Shown: one piece after another, positions 48,967 through 58,659 of the stretch | Position numbering within the stretch: the stretch's first letter is position 1 | Layout: each line of letters starts with the position of its first letter | Virus record (IMG/VR): IMGVR_UViG_3300037400_005963 | Span: 32,001-96,000 of that record | From: a virus | Lineage: Duplodnaviria > Caudoviricetes | Direction: 5' to 3' (one strand) | Length of the DNA stretch: 64,000 nucleotides | Program-made: the position numbers and the translations under genes | Notes under the pieces: model-generated | The model's database searches: none | Told to the model about the DNA's origin: nothing | Seen by the model: the letters and a program-made list of their open reading frames with translations, nothing else

Positions 48967-48999
48967 GAAGGAGGGATTCGTATTATCCCCCTTCTTTTT
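48967..48999 (+). terminator. Intrinsic terminator
   Basis: GAAGGAGGGAT...ATCCCCCTTC plus T-tract. Confidence 0.7.
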
Positions 49000-49011
49000 C
49001 TTTCCCCCTAC

Positions 49012-49035
49012 ACCCTTATATGCAGAGATAATTAA
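49012..49035 (+). promoter_or_regulatory. Promoter-like motif
   Basis: ACCCTTATATGCAGAGATAATTAA, identical to 47557. Confidence 0.65.
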
Positions 49036-49062
49036 TAATTTACTAATAAAAACAAAAATACT

Positions 49063-49296
49063 ATGACGACAACAATTAATCTAATTGCAGCCGGAGCTGC
49101 CGGTGCACACGTTGGTCAATACAGTGTTGCCAATAAGAAGGATCTCATTCTTGCTATTCAACAGGGATGGGATTATGCCCAAAGCGATCCCTCAATGTGG
49201 GACGCTCAGGAGATGGAAGTCCACGTTCCTGGTAAGGGATACGTAGGAAGTGATTGGAACATCCCAGCAATCTGTGAGAAGCTGGGACTTGAATAA
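49063..49296 (+). CDS. Hypothetical protein, monocistronic
   Basis: Bracketed by promoter motif and terminator-like hairpin at ~49300-49328. Confidence 0.7.
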   Translation: MTTTINLIAAGAAGAHVGQYSVANKKDLILAIQQGWDYAQSDPSMWDAQEMEVHVPGKGYVGSDWNIPAICEKLGLE

Positions 49297-49391
49297 AAAA
49301 AGTGGGGAATTAACTCCCTTCTTTTTTTATTTCACTCATGAGGGTTTTGAAAGAAAACCACAATACTAAGGAGTTTCCCTGAGCGAAAGCA

Positions 49392-49485
49392 ATAAAAAAA
49401 TAAAAAGAATTCCTATCTATCTCAGACTGGAATTCTACTTTGGCAAACATTAGAAAAAATTTTCAATGATTCTTCATATATAAGA
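49392..49485 (-). ncRNA. Candidate small RNA unit 3
   Basis: TCTTATATATG motif, AATCATTG segment, AGAATTCC.GTCTGAGATAGAT.GGAATTCT hairpin, T-tract. Confidence 0.5.
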
Positions 49486-49576
49486 GTATGAAGGGATTTA
49501 ATTACGAAGTCGAGTTTTCCGATAATGAACCTCACCTCGAAGCTCAAGCGAGAGAGGTGATGGTGAATAGGAAAAT

Positions 49577-49736
49577 GAGTTAAATGAAGAGGTTCTAACG
49601 AGACTTTGAGTGAAACGAAAAGGGGAGTAGGTTCTCTGAATGAATTATAAAGAAAAGAATTATAATATTCCATTCAAAGAACCTTAACAGATCCTCATTT
49701 CATTCGGATCCTTATAAGAACCTTTTCATTCAACTC
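49577..49736. repeat. Nested inverted repeats upstream of the helicase-like gene
   Basis: 49577-49596 pairs with 49717-49736 (18/20); 49630-49648 pairs with 49661-49683. Confidence 0.7.
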
Positions 49737-49971
49737 TTCCTTCTATTTTTCTTATCTGTCCTCTTTGAGAGAGGCCAGGAAAAATATCAGAAAGAGGCTT
49801 CGCGAATAAAATAAAAAGATTTTCTAAAAAATATGATATATATATATTATATAAGTATTTCCCTCAAAGTTCCAATAAAATTAGAAAAATTTACTAAAAA
49901 AGGAGGTCATTTCCTAATACATAATTAGGGATACTCCTAACTTAATTTGATTAATTTTTAATATAAATTTT

Positions 49972-51984
49972 ATGAACAAAACAGTAATACAAATACCGAA
50001 GGGAATAAGATACATCTCGGATTTTGAAGAAAAGTATGGATTTCACTTAGAAGAATACCCATATATTTTAGATAAAAAATTGCCAGGTTGTGGGTTTACT
50101 ACTTGGGTTCTCACTAACTCTCAAAATATCATTCTAGCTAGTCCTAGAAAGATGTTAATGAGAAATAAAAAGGATCAGTTAGGCGATAGTATTTTCTTAG
50201 TAAATCTTCAATCGGTTGAACTAGATATAGACAAGGATTTAAATAAAAATACAAAAAGTAGTCAATCCAATAATTATATTCCAGTTTATGATAGAGCAGA
50301 ATTAAAAGCAAATCTATCAGAGTATATGTTGAAACGACAAGCAAAACAACTCCCTTGGAAAATAGTAGTAACTTATGATTCTTATCGAAAAGTAAAGGAA
50401 CTTTTGGAGGAGTTAAATATATTTCAAGAGTTCTATACTATCGTCGATGAGATGCAGAGTTTATGGGTTGATGTACGTTTTAAGCCTAGCACTGAGATAG
50501 AGTTTGTTGAATTACTAAAGACTGTTCAAAGGGTATGCTATGTTTCTGCTACCCCCATGATGGAAGAATATTTAGATTTAGTAGACTATTTCAATGTATT
50601 ACCTTATCATGAATTCGATTGGATTACCTTGGAACCGGATAGAGTAAAGGTTCCTAATATAATACCTAGAACACTTAAAAGCATTAACTTAGCTGCAAAA
50701 TCTATTATCCTTCCATATAAAGAAGGAAAATTTGAAAGTAAACTTCTGGAGAATCCTGAAACGGGGGAGATGGTAAATATAGAGTCTAGGGAGGCAGTTA
50801 TATATATTAATTCTGTCACTAATATAATAGGTATCATTAAAGCCTGTGGATTAAAACCGGAAGAAGTAAATATTCTCTGCTCTGATACACCTAATAATGT
50901 AAAAAGAATTGAAACTAGATTGAATAAAAAGAGACAGGGAATAATATATAGCATTGGTCGTGTTCCTACTAGAAATGAACCTAGGAAGATGTTTACTTTC
51001 TGCACCAGAACTGTTTATCTTGGGGCTGATTTTTACAGTGACAATGCTAGGACATTTATTTTCAGTGACGCCAATATAGATACATTAGCAGTGGATGTTG
51101 TTCTCGATCTTCCTCAAATCTTAGGTAGACAAAGGTTAATAGAAAATCCATGGAAAGATGAAGCGACTATCTATGTAAAGCCGACTATGAGATATAAAGC
51201 GATGAGTGAAGAAGATTTTAATAAAGAACTAGAAAGAAAATTAAAAGAAACACAGGATTTATTGACTTCTTATGAGAACACTCCCGATGACGCAAAGTTA
51301 AGTTTAGTTAGTCGTCTTGAAACTATAGCTAAAGATTATAATTATCGAGATGACTATGTATCCGTCAATCGTCACGCAGGATCTCAGCCAGTCCCTGTCT
51401 TTAATAATCTTGTTGCTATTGCAGAGAAAAGAGCCTTCGATATTCAACAAAAGGATTATGTTGATCGTGTTATGATTCTTAATAGAATAGCATCCAGTGG
51501 TTTTAATATAGTTACTAGACATAATGATACAATTCAAGATTTTCTTTATAGGCTTAACGAAATAAAGGGAACACGAAATAGACTCGAATTCATCTGTAAT
51601 AACTGTTCTAAGTTTTCTAAATCAGAACAGGAGGCTATTTTTGCCGAAATTTCAACCTTTTATAGAAACTTTTATTTGGGATTAGGTCCAGACAGATGTA
51701 AAGCGCTTAGTTATAATTATACACTTCTAAATAAAGAGTATAATACTAAGTTCTTTGATGTGGATTTAGTGAAGGAAAAGATTTTAGGAAAATTTCTAGA
51801 GGGGAGTAAATATTCGACGTCGAATATAAAATCAATCCTAAAAGATCTCTACTCTGAATTAGGTTATAAAAAGACACCTAAAGCCAGTGATCTAGAGGAG
51901 TATTTTGAATTGAAAAAGATTAAGACTAAAGATCAATCTGGGAAATGGGTTAATGGTTTTGAATTATTAAAAAAGAGACTGTGA
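49972..51984 (+). CDS. Superfamily-2 helicase-like protein (origin-binding/UL9-like architecture)
   Basis: PGCGFTT (degenerate motif I), IVDEMQ (II), SAT (III), TRTVYLGADF (V), QILGRQR (VI). Confidence 0.7.
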   Translation: MNKTVIQIPKGIRYISDFEEKYGFHLEEYPYILDKKLPGCGFTTWVLTNSQNIILASPRKMLMRNKKDQLGDSIFLVNLQSVELDIDKDLNKNTKSSQSNNYIPVYDRAELKANLSEYMLKRQAKQLPWKIVVTYDSYRKVKELLEELNIFQEFYTIVDEMQSLWVDVRFKPSTEIEFVELLKTVQRVCYVSATPMMEEYLDLVDYFNVLPYHEFDWITLEPDRVKVPNIIPRTLKSINLAAKSIILPYKEGKFESKLLENPETGEMVNIESREAVIYINSVTNIIGIIKACGLKPEEVNILCSDTPNNVKRIETRLNKKRQGIIYSIGRVPTRNEPRKMFTFCTRTVYLGADFYSDNARTFIFSDANIDTLAVDVVLDLPQILGRQRLIENPWKDEATIYVKPTMRYKAMSEEDFNKELERKLKETQDLLTSYENTPDDAKLSLVSRLETIAKDYNYRDDYVSVNRHAGSQPVPVFNNLVAIAEKRAFDIQQKDYVDRVMILNRIASSGFNIVTRHNDTIQDFLYRLNEIKGTRNRLEFICNNCSKFSKSEQEAIFAEISTFYRNFYLGLGPDRCKALSYNYTLLNKEYNTKFFDVDLVKEKILGKFLEGSKYSTSNIKSILKDLYSELGYKKTPKASDLEEYFELKKIKTKDQSGKWVNGFELLKKRL

Positions 51985-51996
51985 CACCCATAGAAT

Positions 51997-52075
51997 CCTT
52001 ATATATGAAGCATATTCACTTTGTTAATACAATTTCCTAACCAAACCTGAGATGGGCTAGGTTAGGTCTTTTTTT
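51997..52075 (+). ncRNA. Candidate small RNA unit 4
   Basis: CCTTATATATG, ATTCACTTTG segment, CCTAACC..CCTGAGATGG..GGTTAGG hairpin, T7 tract. Confidence 0.5.
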
Positions 52076-52088
52076 GTCCCTCCCATAC

Positions 52089-52099
52089 CCTTATATATG
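52089..52099 (+). promoter_or_regulatory. CCTTATATATG promoter-like motif
   Basis: Intergenic copy ~45 bp upstream of 52143. Confidence 0.6.
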
Positions 52100-52142
52100 T
52101 GATAATTAAATTATTCTAAAAACAAACTAAAAAATAAGAAAA

Positions 52143-52706
52143 ATGAAAGAAGAATTAGCTTGGAAAATTTATAATTTTATAAATTCCTGGAAAGCAGGCA
52201 AGTTTGGAGAAATTAGCCTACAAGAGGCTTTAGACTCAAATACAGACTTTGACATTACAATTATGGGGTCAAGTATGTTGCGAGTAATTCCTTTTAAAGA
52301 ACTACTGGATTTAGTCGCAAACGTGGATTATATAGTTCACGAATCTTATCCTATTCGCTTTAAAGTAAAAAATAATGAAGAGATAGTTAATTACGAGTGT
52401 GGTATAGCTGTTTGTGACAAAAACGTAAGTGAAGATTTAATAAATGACGAACTAGAAGCACAGTATTTAACTCGTCTTGAAAATATAAAAGAGAGATCTG
52501 TACTATTGGCACAGAATCCTGATGACATGTACTATGAAGAGATAGAGAAAGACTTGAGAGAGAAATGTAATATAACGGACGATTCCATTATTATCTTTGA
52601 AGATGATGTGAGTTTTACGGGAGAAAGGCCGTACTTACTTTATGGATCAAATAAAGAATTACAGTTAATTTATGACCCGGATGACGACGAAGATATTGAG
52701 TCTTGA
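52143..52706 (+). CDS. Acidic hypothetical protein
   Basis: ORF between promoter motif and terminator. Confidence 0.7.
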   Translation: MKEELAWKIYNFINSWKAGKFGEISLQEALDSNTDFDITIMGSSMLRVIPFKELLDLVANVDYIVHESYPIRFKVKNNEEIVNYECGIAVCDKNVSEDLINDELEAQYLTRLENIKERSVLLAQNPDDMYYEEIEKDLREKCNITDDSIIIFEDDVSFTGERPYLLYGSNKELQLIYDPDDDEDIES

Positions 52707-52712
52707 TAGGAG

Positions 52713-52749
52713 AAGAGGAGAGGGTTTAAACTTCTCCTTTTCTTTTTTT
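52713..52749 (+). terminator. Intrinsic terminator
   Basis: AGGAGAG...TTCTCCT plus T-tract. Confidence 0.6.
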
Positions 52750-52762
52750 CATCCCCACATAT

Positions 52763-52773
52763 CCTTATAAATG
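52763..52773 (+). promoter_or_regulatory. CCTTATAAATG motif heading the small-gene operon
   Basis: Directly upstream of the tightly packed 52797-63482 array. Confidence 0.6.
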
Positions 52774-52796
52774 AATTAATTATAAATATTTTACAC

Positions 52797-53183
52797 ATGA
52801 AAGAAGATTTTATATACAAATTTAGTGAGGAAGATTATTTTCAGAATCACATAGATGTTTGTCATCTGAAGGAAGTTTACACGTTCGATAAGTACCTCCC
52901 AATCGATAAGATTCTTGAGATCTTCGAGGGAATTAAGAAAGAGTGGGAAGGAAAAGATGCAGAGTTTTGTTTCGATTTCTACGATACCGATGACAGTGTG
53001 ACGCTTAGTGCTAAATACTGGGAACCGGAAACAGAGGAACAATTCACTAATAGACGAGCGAAAGAACTTTTTGATAAGCAGCAGGAGATTAATAAATTGA
53101 AATATCTAATGCTGACTTATCCAGATTATGCAGAAAATTTTATGAAAACTATTAAATCTGAGAAAGATGAAGATAACAATTAA
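52797..53183 (+). CDS. Hypothetical protein
   Basis: ORF track; first in operon. Confidence 0.65.
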   Translation: MKEDFIYKFSEEDYFQNHIDVCHLKEVYTFDKYLPIDKILEIFEGIKKEWEGKDAEFCFDFYDTDDSVTLSAKYWEPETEEQFTNRRAKELFDKQQEINKLKYLMLTYPDYAENFMKTIKSEKDEDNN

Positions 53184-53352
53184 ACTTCAGGTTGAAATGG
53201 AATTCGACAGCTCTTTATCAGCTTTCCTTGATTTTGACGAACCAGGGAAAGAGGAGTTAAAAGAGATGGTAAAAGATTCCGTTGAGGATTATTTCTTATC
53301 TGAATGCATTGGCTATCAGAATGAGAATAAACTTAAAGTAACTGTGACGTAA
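53167..53352 (+). CDS. Small hypothetical protein
   Basis: Overlapping start/stop with neighbours. Confidence 0.55.
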   Translation: MKITIKLQVEMEFDSSLSAFLDFDEPGKEELKEMVKDSVEDYFLSECIGYQNENKLKVTVT

Positions 53353-53615
53353 TGGTCCTATACTTTATAATATCCCTGATAAACGTATTCTTACATATAG
53401 TTAGAAGTATTTTAGTAATTAAAGCAGGAAAATTCGTAGCTTCTCTGTCTAATTGCATCTGTTATACCTTCTCGGCTGTGGTAATAAAATTCATTGCCGA
53501 AAGTGACTTAATGGTTGCAATAATAGTACAGGCGACAACTAACTTCTTTGGTTGTTACTTAGCTATGATATTCTGCGATAAAATATTAAAGAAAAAACAC
53601 AATGAAGAATTTTAA
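53352..53615 (+). CDS. Small multi-pass membrane protein (DUF5698/DUF2179 N-terminal-like)
   Basis: INVFLHIVRSILVIK...NFFGCYLAM; three hydrophobic helices. Confidence 0.55.
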   Translation: MVLYFIISLINVFLHIVRSILVIKAGKFVASLSNCICYTFSAVVIKFIAESDLMVAIIVQATTNFFGCYLAMIFCDKILKKKHNEEF

Positions 53616-53913
53616 AGATTTTAAAGAGCGATTGAAAGTATGTTGGCATGTGCTAACTAAACAGAATTACGCATTTTTTGCAGTAAATGAAAATGCACTG
53701 GTCTTTGATGATAATGGTAACTACGATCACGTTCATGAAAGTGGAGTAGCGTCATATTCAAGTGTCCTTAACTCTTGGTTTTATAAGACTAGTGATGGAA
53801 AAAAGAAAACCTTCGGGTGGTTTTTCTGGGGATCTATTAAAGATTTCGCACAGTCGGAGGAACAAAAATACGAAGAGTCCGATGGAAACAGACGATCTGA
53901 AGAATCTGATTGA
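53602..53913 (+). CDS. Hypothetical protein
   Basis: ORF track; packed operon. Confidence 0.6.
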   Translation: MKNFKDFKERLKVCWHVLTKQNYAFFAVNENALVFDDNGNYDHVHESGVASYSSVLNSWFYKTSDGKKKTFGWFFWGSIKDFAQSEEQKYEESDGNRRSEESD

Positions 53914-54232
53914 TGAACTTTGGGAACGACGACAATCTGAGCCGAAAACATCAATAAAGATCGAAGATGGCGAGGAAGAGAGTAGATTAAAAGTTATCTA
54001 TGCCGCAGGAGTGATTGATTACTTGATAAAGAGTAGTAAAGAAAATCGAATTCGTGAAGAGAAGATCATTCAAGCTACCTGCGATTGGATAAGGAAGCAT
54101 GATTATTTTGGAAAAGATCATGCTAAAACAGTAATCGAAGTCTACAAAAATTACATTCGAGAGATAATTAATTGTCTATTGAATGAAATTAAAGTACAAG
54201 GAGATCTAAGAGATGATAAGGAAAGACGATGA
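53882..54232 (+). CDS. Hypothetical protein
   Basis: Likely start METDDLK at 53882 rather than 53762. Confidence 0.55.
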   Translation: METDDLKNLIDELWERRQSEPKTSIKIEDGEEESRLKVIYAAGVIDYLIKSSKENRIREEKIIQATCDWIRKHDYFGKDHAKTVIEVYKNYIREIINCLLNEIKVQGDLRDDKERR

Positions 54233-54341
54233 ATATTTCGGACTATCATAGAAAACAAAACGAAAGAGAAGAACGGCAGGGATTATCTTGCTTAGGTTGG
54301 ATTTTCCTTGCTTTCCTAGTATACTGTTTAATTATATTATT

Positions 54342-54572
54342 ATGAAAAATAAAAAGAAAAGAGATAGAGGAATAGCTTTTGGAAAGATATGGACAAAAGA
54401 GGATGATGGATTTTGGAGTATCGAATTCCGCTTCCTACCTAGCATCACATTATATCTGAACGGCTATAAATTTAAAGGCGGCGTTGATGATTATCAGCTT
54501 ACCTTTAGTTGGCTGTTATGGTATGTACAGCTCTACTCATTTGAAGTAGAAGATTGGGAGGACGAGGTATGA
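54342..54572 (+). CDS. Hypothetical protein
   Basis: Likely start MKNKKKRD. Confidence 0.5.
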   Translation: MKNKKKRDRGIAFGKIWTKEDDGFWSIEFRFLPSITLYLNGYKFKGGVDDYQLTFSWLLWYVQLYSFEVEDWEDEV

Positions 54573-54657
54573 ATGATTACAAAAAGATCATTAAGTGTAT
54601 AGGATTTTTCCTCTTGGGATTATTAATTGGTTATTTAATAATTAATCTAATAATATT

Positions 54658-55464
54658 ATGACAGAAGAAGAAAGAAAATTAGTACTTAAGGATATATGTT
54701 CGAGGTTACCGTATGATATTATTGTTAAAGATGAGTATGGCGACTATATAGAAGTAAACATCTATACAGCAAATCTTGAACATTTAATAGATAGAGTGTC
54801 AGAAGGTATTGTTAAAATGGTTCTTCGCCCAATGTCAAGCATGACGGATGAGGAAAAGAAAGAATTTGAAGAGATTTTTAAAGGTTCTTTTCAATATTTC
54901 AATAGCAGTATAATATCTGACAGCCGAATATATGATAGAAATGAGGCAGTATTTGTCGGAGAGGAAAAATGTGGAGAACTTATTGATTGGCTCAATAAGA
55001 AAATGTTTGATTTCAGAAGACTTATCCTTAAAGATCTTGCATTAAGTACAGAAGAGTATAACCCTTATGTTGAAAATAAAGATATGAAACAAGAACATAA
55101 ATTTAAAGTTGGTGACCGAATTACTAATGGTCGATATACAAGACTTGTTGTGGGTATTAATTCTGATCATCCTTGGTATATGTTCAAAGATGGCACATCA
55201 AAGCGTATAAGGGATATTGATAAAAAATATTATCTAATAGAAAATAAAGATTTAAAGACTATGGATAAAGAAACCGCACTCCAGGCAGCAAATCTTATGT
55301 ATGACATTGAACATACCGAAGAATTAATTGATGATCTTAACGATATGATAGCAACTAAGGAGTATTTAAATACTACTTCCTATCTCGTAAGAATTCTCAG
55401 TGATGCTTGTCAGAGATGTAGAGAGTATAAAAAACAATTAGAAGAAGAACTTGAAAAATTATAG
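54658..55464 (+). CDS. Paralog family A protein fused to two further modules
   Basis: KDICSRLPY...LRPMSSM...NKKMFDFRRLILKDLALSTEEYNPY, then KFKVGD module, then a coiled-coil module. Confidence 0.7.
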   Translation: MTEEERKLVLKDICSRLPYDIIVKDEYGDYIEVNIYTANLEHLIDRVSEGIVKMVLRPMSSMTDEEKKEFEEIFKGSFQYFNSSIISDSRIYDRNEAVFVGEEKCGELIDWLNKKMFDFRRLILKDLALSTEEYNPYVENKDMKQEHKFKVGDRITNGRYTRLVVGINSDHPWYMFKDGTSKRIRDIDKKYYLIENKDLKTMDKETALQAANLMYDIEHTEELIDDLNDMIATKEYLNTTSYLVRILSDACQRCREYKKQLEEELEKL

Positions 55465-55466
55465 AT

Positions 55467-55685
55467 ATGACGGAGAAAGATAAAAAAGCAAAACAGAGAG
55501 TAGACGATGAAGTAGATCTTAGAATAAAAATATCTAAACTTCTAAGAGACTTCTCGAAAAAATACGATGTTGAATTAACTCACATTGATATAAGAAAAAA
55601 TGAGTTCTATCCAAGTACATCGGGTTCACAACCTCCGATGTATGTTATGGATCTATACTGGAGATTCGATTATCTTGGTCATTAA
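55467..55685 (+). CDS. Hypothetical protein
   Basis: ORF track. Confidence 0.6.
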   Translation: MTEKDKKAKQRVDDEVDLRIKISKLLRDFSKKYDVELTHIDIRKNEFYPSTSGSQPPMYVMDLYWRFDYLGH

Positions 55686-55699
55686 AGAAGAAACTTTAT

Positions 55700-56140
55700 A
55701 TGAAATCAGAAGAAAGCATGAAACTAGAAGAAAAAGAACTATTACTTCGAGACCTTTGTGGGAGATTACCTTATCAAGTTAAAGTAAGTGTAAATGGCGG
55801 TAAAGAGCCATGGACTTTAAGGGGCATGTTTGAAGGTGATCATACTGGTATGGTGTTAATTTTAGAGCCGCCATTTCCATCAAAAGATGTGTATCCAAAA
55901 ACATCAAATTGGCAGTTATCACAATGTAAACCCTACCTCCGTCCAATGGAAAGTATGAAGTTGGAAGAATATTATGAACTTGAAGAATTAGTTAGAACAG
56001 AAAATTCAAATTTAAATCTTGATGATACTACTGCAAGAGTTACAATTGACTGGTTCAACAAGAATATGTTTGATTACCGAGGTCTCATTCCTAAAGACCT
56101 TGCATTAAGTACAGAAGAGTATAACCCTTATAAAAAATAA
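55700..56140 (+). CDS. Paralog family A protein
   Basis: RDLCGRLPY...KPYLRPMESM...NKNMFDYRGLIPKDLALSTEEYNPY. Confidence 0.75.
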   Translation: MKSEESMKLEEKELLLRDLCGRLPYQVKVSVNGGKEPWTLRGMFEGDHTGMVLILEPPFPSKDVYPKTSNWQLSQCKPYLRPMESMKLEEYYELEELVRTENSNLNLDDTTARVTIDWFNKNMFDYRGLIPKDLALSTEEYNPYKK

Positions 56141-56144
56141 AATT

Positions 56145-56621
56145 ATGGGAAAAGAAGTTAAAATAACCCCTCCAGAGGGATATGAAATTGATAAAGAAAA
56201 CTCTACTTTTGAGTGTATTAAATTTAAACCTGTTGCAAAAAAGAAGTGGAGAGGTGCTTATGACTCATTAGTTAGCGGATATCTTATAGAGACTGATTCT
56301 AATATACGTCATTGGACAGATCTTAGTGAAGGTGGCGAGAATATTAATATCTTTGCTACCGAGAAACAAGCCAAGTCTGCCCTTGCTATGGCACAAATTA
56401 GTCAAATCATGGCTAATGATGATAGATTTGGTGGTGTTGTTACTGAAGAAGAGTGGAAAGATACAACTCTTAAATTTGTAATTAATAGAGTAAGAAACAC
56501 AATAAATAAAGCTGCTTTTGGAGATAGCTATGAGTTTCTTTCTTTTCACACTCAAGAACAACGTGATTTATTCCTCGAAGAAAACGAGGACTTGATTAAA
56601 GATTATTTAATGATTGATTAA
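56145..56621 (+). CDS. Hypothetical phage protein
   Basis: ORF track; PPEGYEIDKENSTFECIKFK N-terminus. Confidence 0.7.
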   Translation: MGKEVKITPPEGYEIDKENSTFECIKFKPVAKKKWRGAYDSLVSGYLIETDSNIRHWTDLSEGGENINIFATEKQAKSALAMAQISQIMANDDRFGGVVTEEEWKDTTLKFVINRVRNTINKAAFGDSYEFLSFHTQEQRDLFLEENEDLIKDYLMID

Positions 56622-56622
56622 T

Positions 56623-57051
56623 ATGAGACCAAGAGAATTAATGATTGGAGATTATGTCATTCGTAAGAATGTACCGAATGAAATCTTGATAGTTGACACG
56701 ATAGATTCAATCAGAGATATAGTGTATCTTGATTTGGATGGGTTGGGTATAACTGAAAAGATAGAAAACATTGAACCTATTCCGCTCACAGCTGAAATCC
56801 TTGAGAAGAATGGGTTTACAGGAGGTGAGTATAAAAGTTGGACGGGAGACGTTTGGTACTTAGAAGAGGAGGGATTCAGAAAAATAGGCTTGACTATGAG
56901 CAGAAAAGAGTCAACGTTGTGGGGAGAGAAAATAAAACCCCTCTATCCAGATTCTATCGGCCATAAGTTTGCAGTACCAAATATCAAATTTGTTCATCAA
57001 CTTCAACACTCGCTAAGGCTGTGTGGTATTAATAAGGAGATTGAGATATGA
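56623..57051 (+). CDS. Paralog family B protein (YopX-like)
   Basis: ELMIGDYV...IEPIPLTAEILEKN...VHQLQHSLRLCGINKEI; likely start MRPRE. Confidence 0.65.
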   Translation: MRPRELMIGDYVIRKNVPNEILIVDTIDSIRDIVYLDLDGLGITEKIENIEPIPLTAEILEKNGFTGGEYKSWTGDVWYLEEEGFRKIGLTMSRKESTLWGEKIKPLYPDSIGHKFAVPNIKFVHQLQHSLRLCGINKEIEI

Positions 57052-57213
57052 AACTATTACAAATTATTTGTGGATTATTTGGACATAAGTGGGCATTCTA
57101 CACTAAAGGACAGATGTGTAAGCGATGCGGCAAAAAGAAAAACATGGATAAATGGTACTACGAAATTAAAGAAGACAATAAACAAAACGAACAGATTATT
57201 AAACTTCAAGATT

Positions 57214-57978
57214 ATGGAGAAATTTAATGTAGCAAATTTTTTAGAGAACGCTCCTATAGGACTTGTACTATATTCAAAGTTCTTAGGTGAGCAGGTAGAG
57301 TTCAATAAGGTTATTCTTCATGAGTTCTCAGAGTATGAAGGTTCTCAGCATATCATTGAGTGTCTCAAGTATGATAATGATGGCAATCTTGATGATGAGA
57401 AGGTATTCTTTGATGCTTATGGGAGAATTAAGACAAGTTTCTACGGGAATATCATTGGTACTGATGTTGACCTGATGCCTGACGATGTAAATGAATGGAA
57501 TGATGCTGGTATCTGCGCACTTATTAGTGAAAATTCTATGTGTGTCGACAAGGTGCTCATGGATAGGTTTGACCCAGATGATGATTTAGAATCTCCTTGG
57601 TTCATTGGTAATACTGCTATGTGGAGTTTTGATAATGCATTCGACAATGACTGGTCAAGTGTAAGATTCCATAAGTTTGACTTTAGCAATGTTCGCTTTG
57701 CCACTGAAGAGGAGACTCAAGAATTTTTTGATATATTACATAAGTATGGTTCTGATTTCAAGGATGGTAAGCCAATTAAAGATGGTAAGGATGCTGAACC
57801 AGAATGCAGAAATGCTGATAAAGAACAATTCTTTAATGCGCTGACCGATATATGTGACGCTTGGAAAGGAACAATTCCTGACCATGACTTCCAGGAAGTA
57901 CTATTCAAATTTGATACAGAGGTGGTTTTACCGGAACTTAAGAAAGCATTTGGTTGGAACTCTGAAATCATAAAATAA
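57214..57978 (+). CDS. Hypothetical protein
   Basis: Likely start MEKFNVANFL. Confidence 0.65.
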   Translation: MEKFNVANFLENAPIGLVLYSKFLGEQVEFNKVILHEFSEYEGSQHIIECLKYDNDGNLDDEKVFFDAYGRIKTSFYGNIIGTDVDLMPDDVNEWNDAGICALISENSMCVDKVLMDRFDPDDDLESPWFIGNTAMWSFDNAFDNDWSSVRFHKFDFSNVRFATEEETQEFFDILHKYGSDFKDGKPIKDGKDAEPECRNADKEQFFNALTDICDAWKGTIPDHDFQEVLFKFDTEVVLPELKKAFGWNSEIIK

Positions 57979-57988
57979 AGATTGAGAT

Positions 57989-58225
57989 ATGACATTTATA
58001 ATTATTTCATTAGCAATTGGTGTTGCATATTTTGGCCTTTACTGGTTAATTTCAGAGGAGATTAAAGACCATAAATATGAAGTTATGAATAAGCTCAAAT
58101 TGATTGAGAAACAGAATAATCTGTTACGAGAAGAAGTCAACGAGTTACGATCCCAGCTTGATGACACGTGGACAGATGTAAAGGTGATTAAGAATAATGT
58201 TAAGAATAATATTAATAAGGAATGA
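57989..58225 (+). CDS. Single-TM coiled-coil protein
   Basis: N-terminal hydrophobic helix, then heptads. Confidence 0.6.
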   Translation: MTFIIISLAIGVAYFGLYWLISEEIKDHKYEVMNKLKLIEKQNNLLREEVNELRSQLDDTWTDVKVIKNNVKNNINKE

Positions 58226-58398
58226 CACAAGAACAAAAAGAAAAAATACGCAATATATTATATAATAACAAGTGTATTGCTGATTATAAAGAAGAAGATC
58301 CCTTTGTTGGAATATACTTCAGTGACTTGATTGACTTATTAGAAGATTATAAACTTGACTTAATAAATGCGATAGATTATGAACCAAGACCAATTTAA
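58222..58398 (+). CDS. 58-aa hypothetical protein (below track cutoff)
   Basis: Hand translation MTQEQKEKIRNILY...EPRPI*; ATGA overlap. Confidence 0.55.
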   Translation: MTQEQKEKIRNILYNNKCIADYKEEDPFVGIYFSDLIDLLEDYKLDLINAIDYEPRPI

Positions 58399-58416
58399 TG
58401 AAATAAAGATTGAGAT

Positions 58417-58656
58417 ATGAAACTTATAACATATATATATGCTATAATTATATGTTCTATATTATCTCTTATTGTAATAATGCTTCTTATTATCGGCTTT
58501 CCATTTGCTGTTATTGTTGAAGTTATAACTTTTATTAAAGAAGCTATTTCAGAGGATGGATTTGAACATGGTGTTTGGCTTAAGCTATGTAAAGATTGTT
58601 TTATGTACATTAAACACGTGTATTGTTTAATTATTAATAGTCCTTATGAAGATTAA
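58417..58656 (+). CDS. Small membrane protein
   Basis: Long N-terminal hydrophobic stretch. Confidence 0.55.
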   Translation: MKLITYIYAIIICSILSLIVIMLLIIGFPFAVIVEVITFIKEAISEDGFEHGVWLKLCKDCFMYIKHVYCLIINSPYED

Positions 58657-58659
58657 GAT

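Noticed and set aside
49422-49673. 83-aa minus-strand ORF
   Set aside because: Crosses inverted repeats and a promoter/hairpin unit; composition is not gene-like.
49330-49800. Self-cleaving ribozyme or intron in the structured region
   Set aside because: I could not find a hammerhead core (CUGANGA...GAAA in proper stems) or group I/II intron motifs by eye; an Rfam scan is needed.
46640-49970. tRNA genes in intergenic hairpin regions
   Set aside because: No cloverleaf with a T-loop GTTC motif was recognised.
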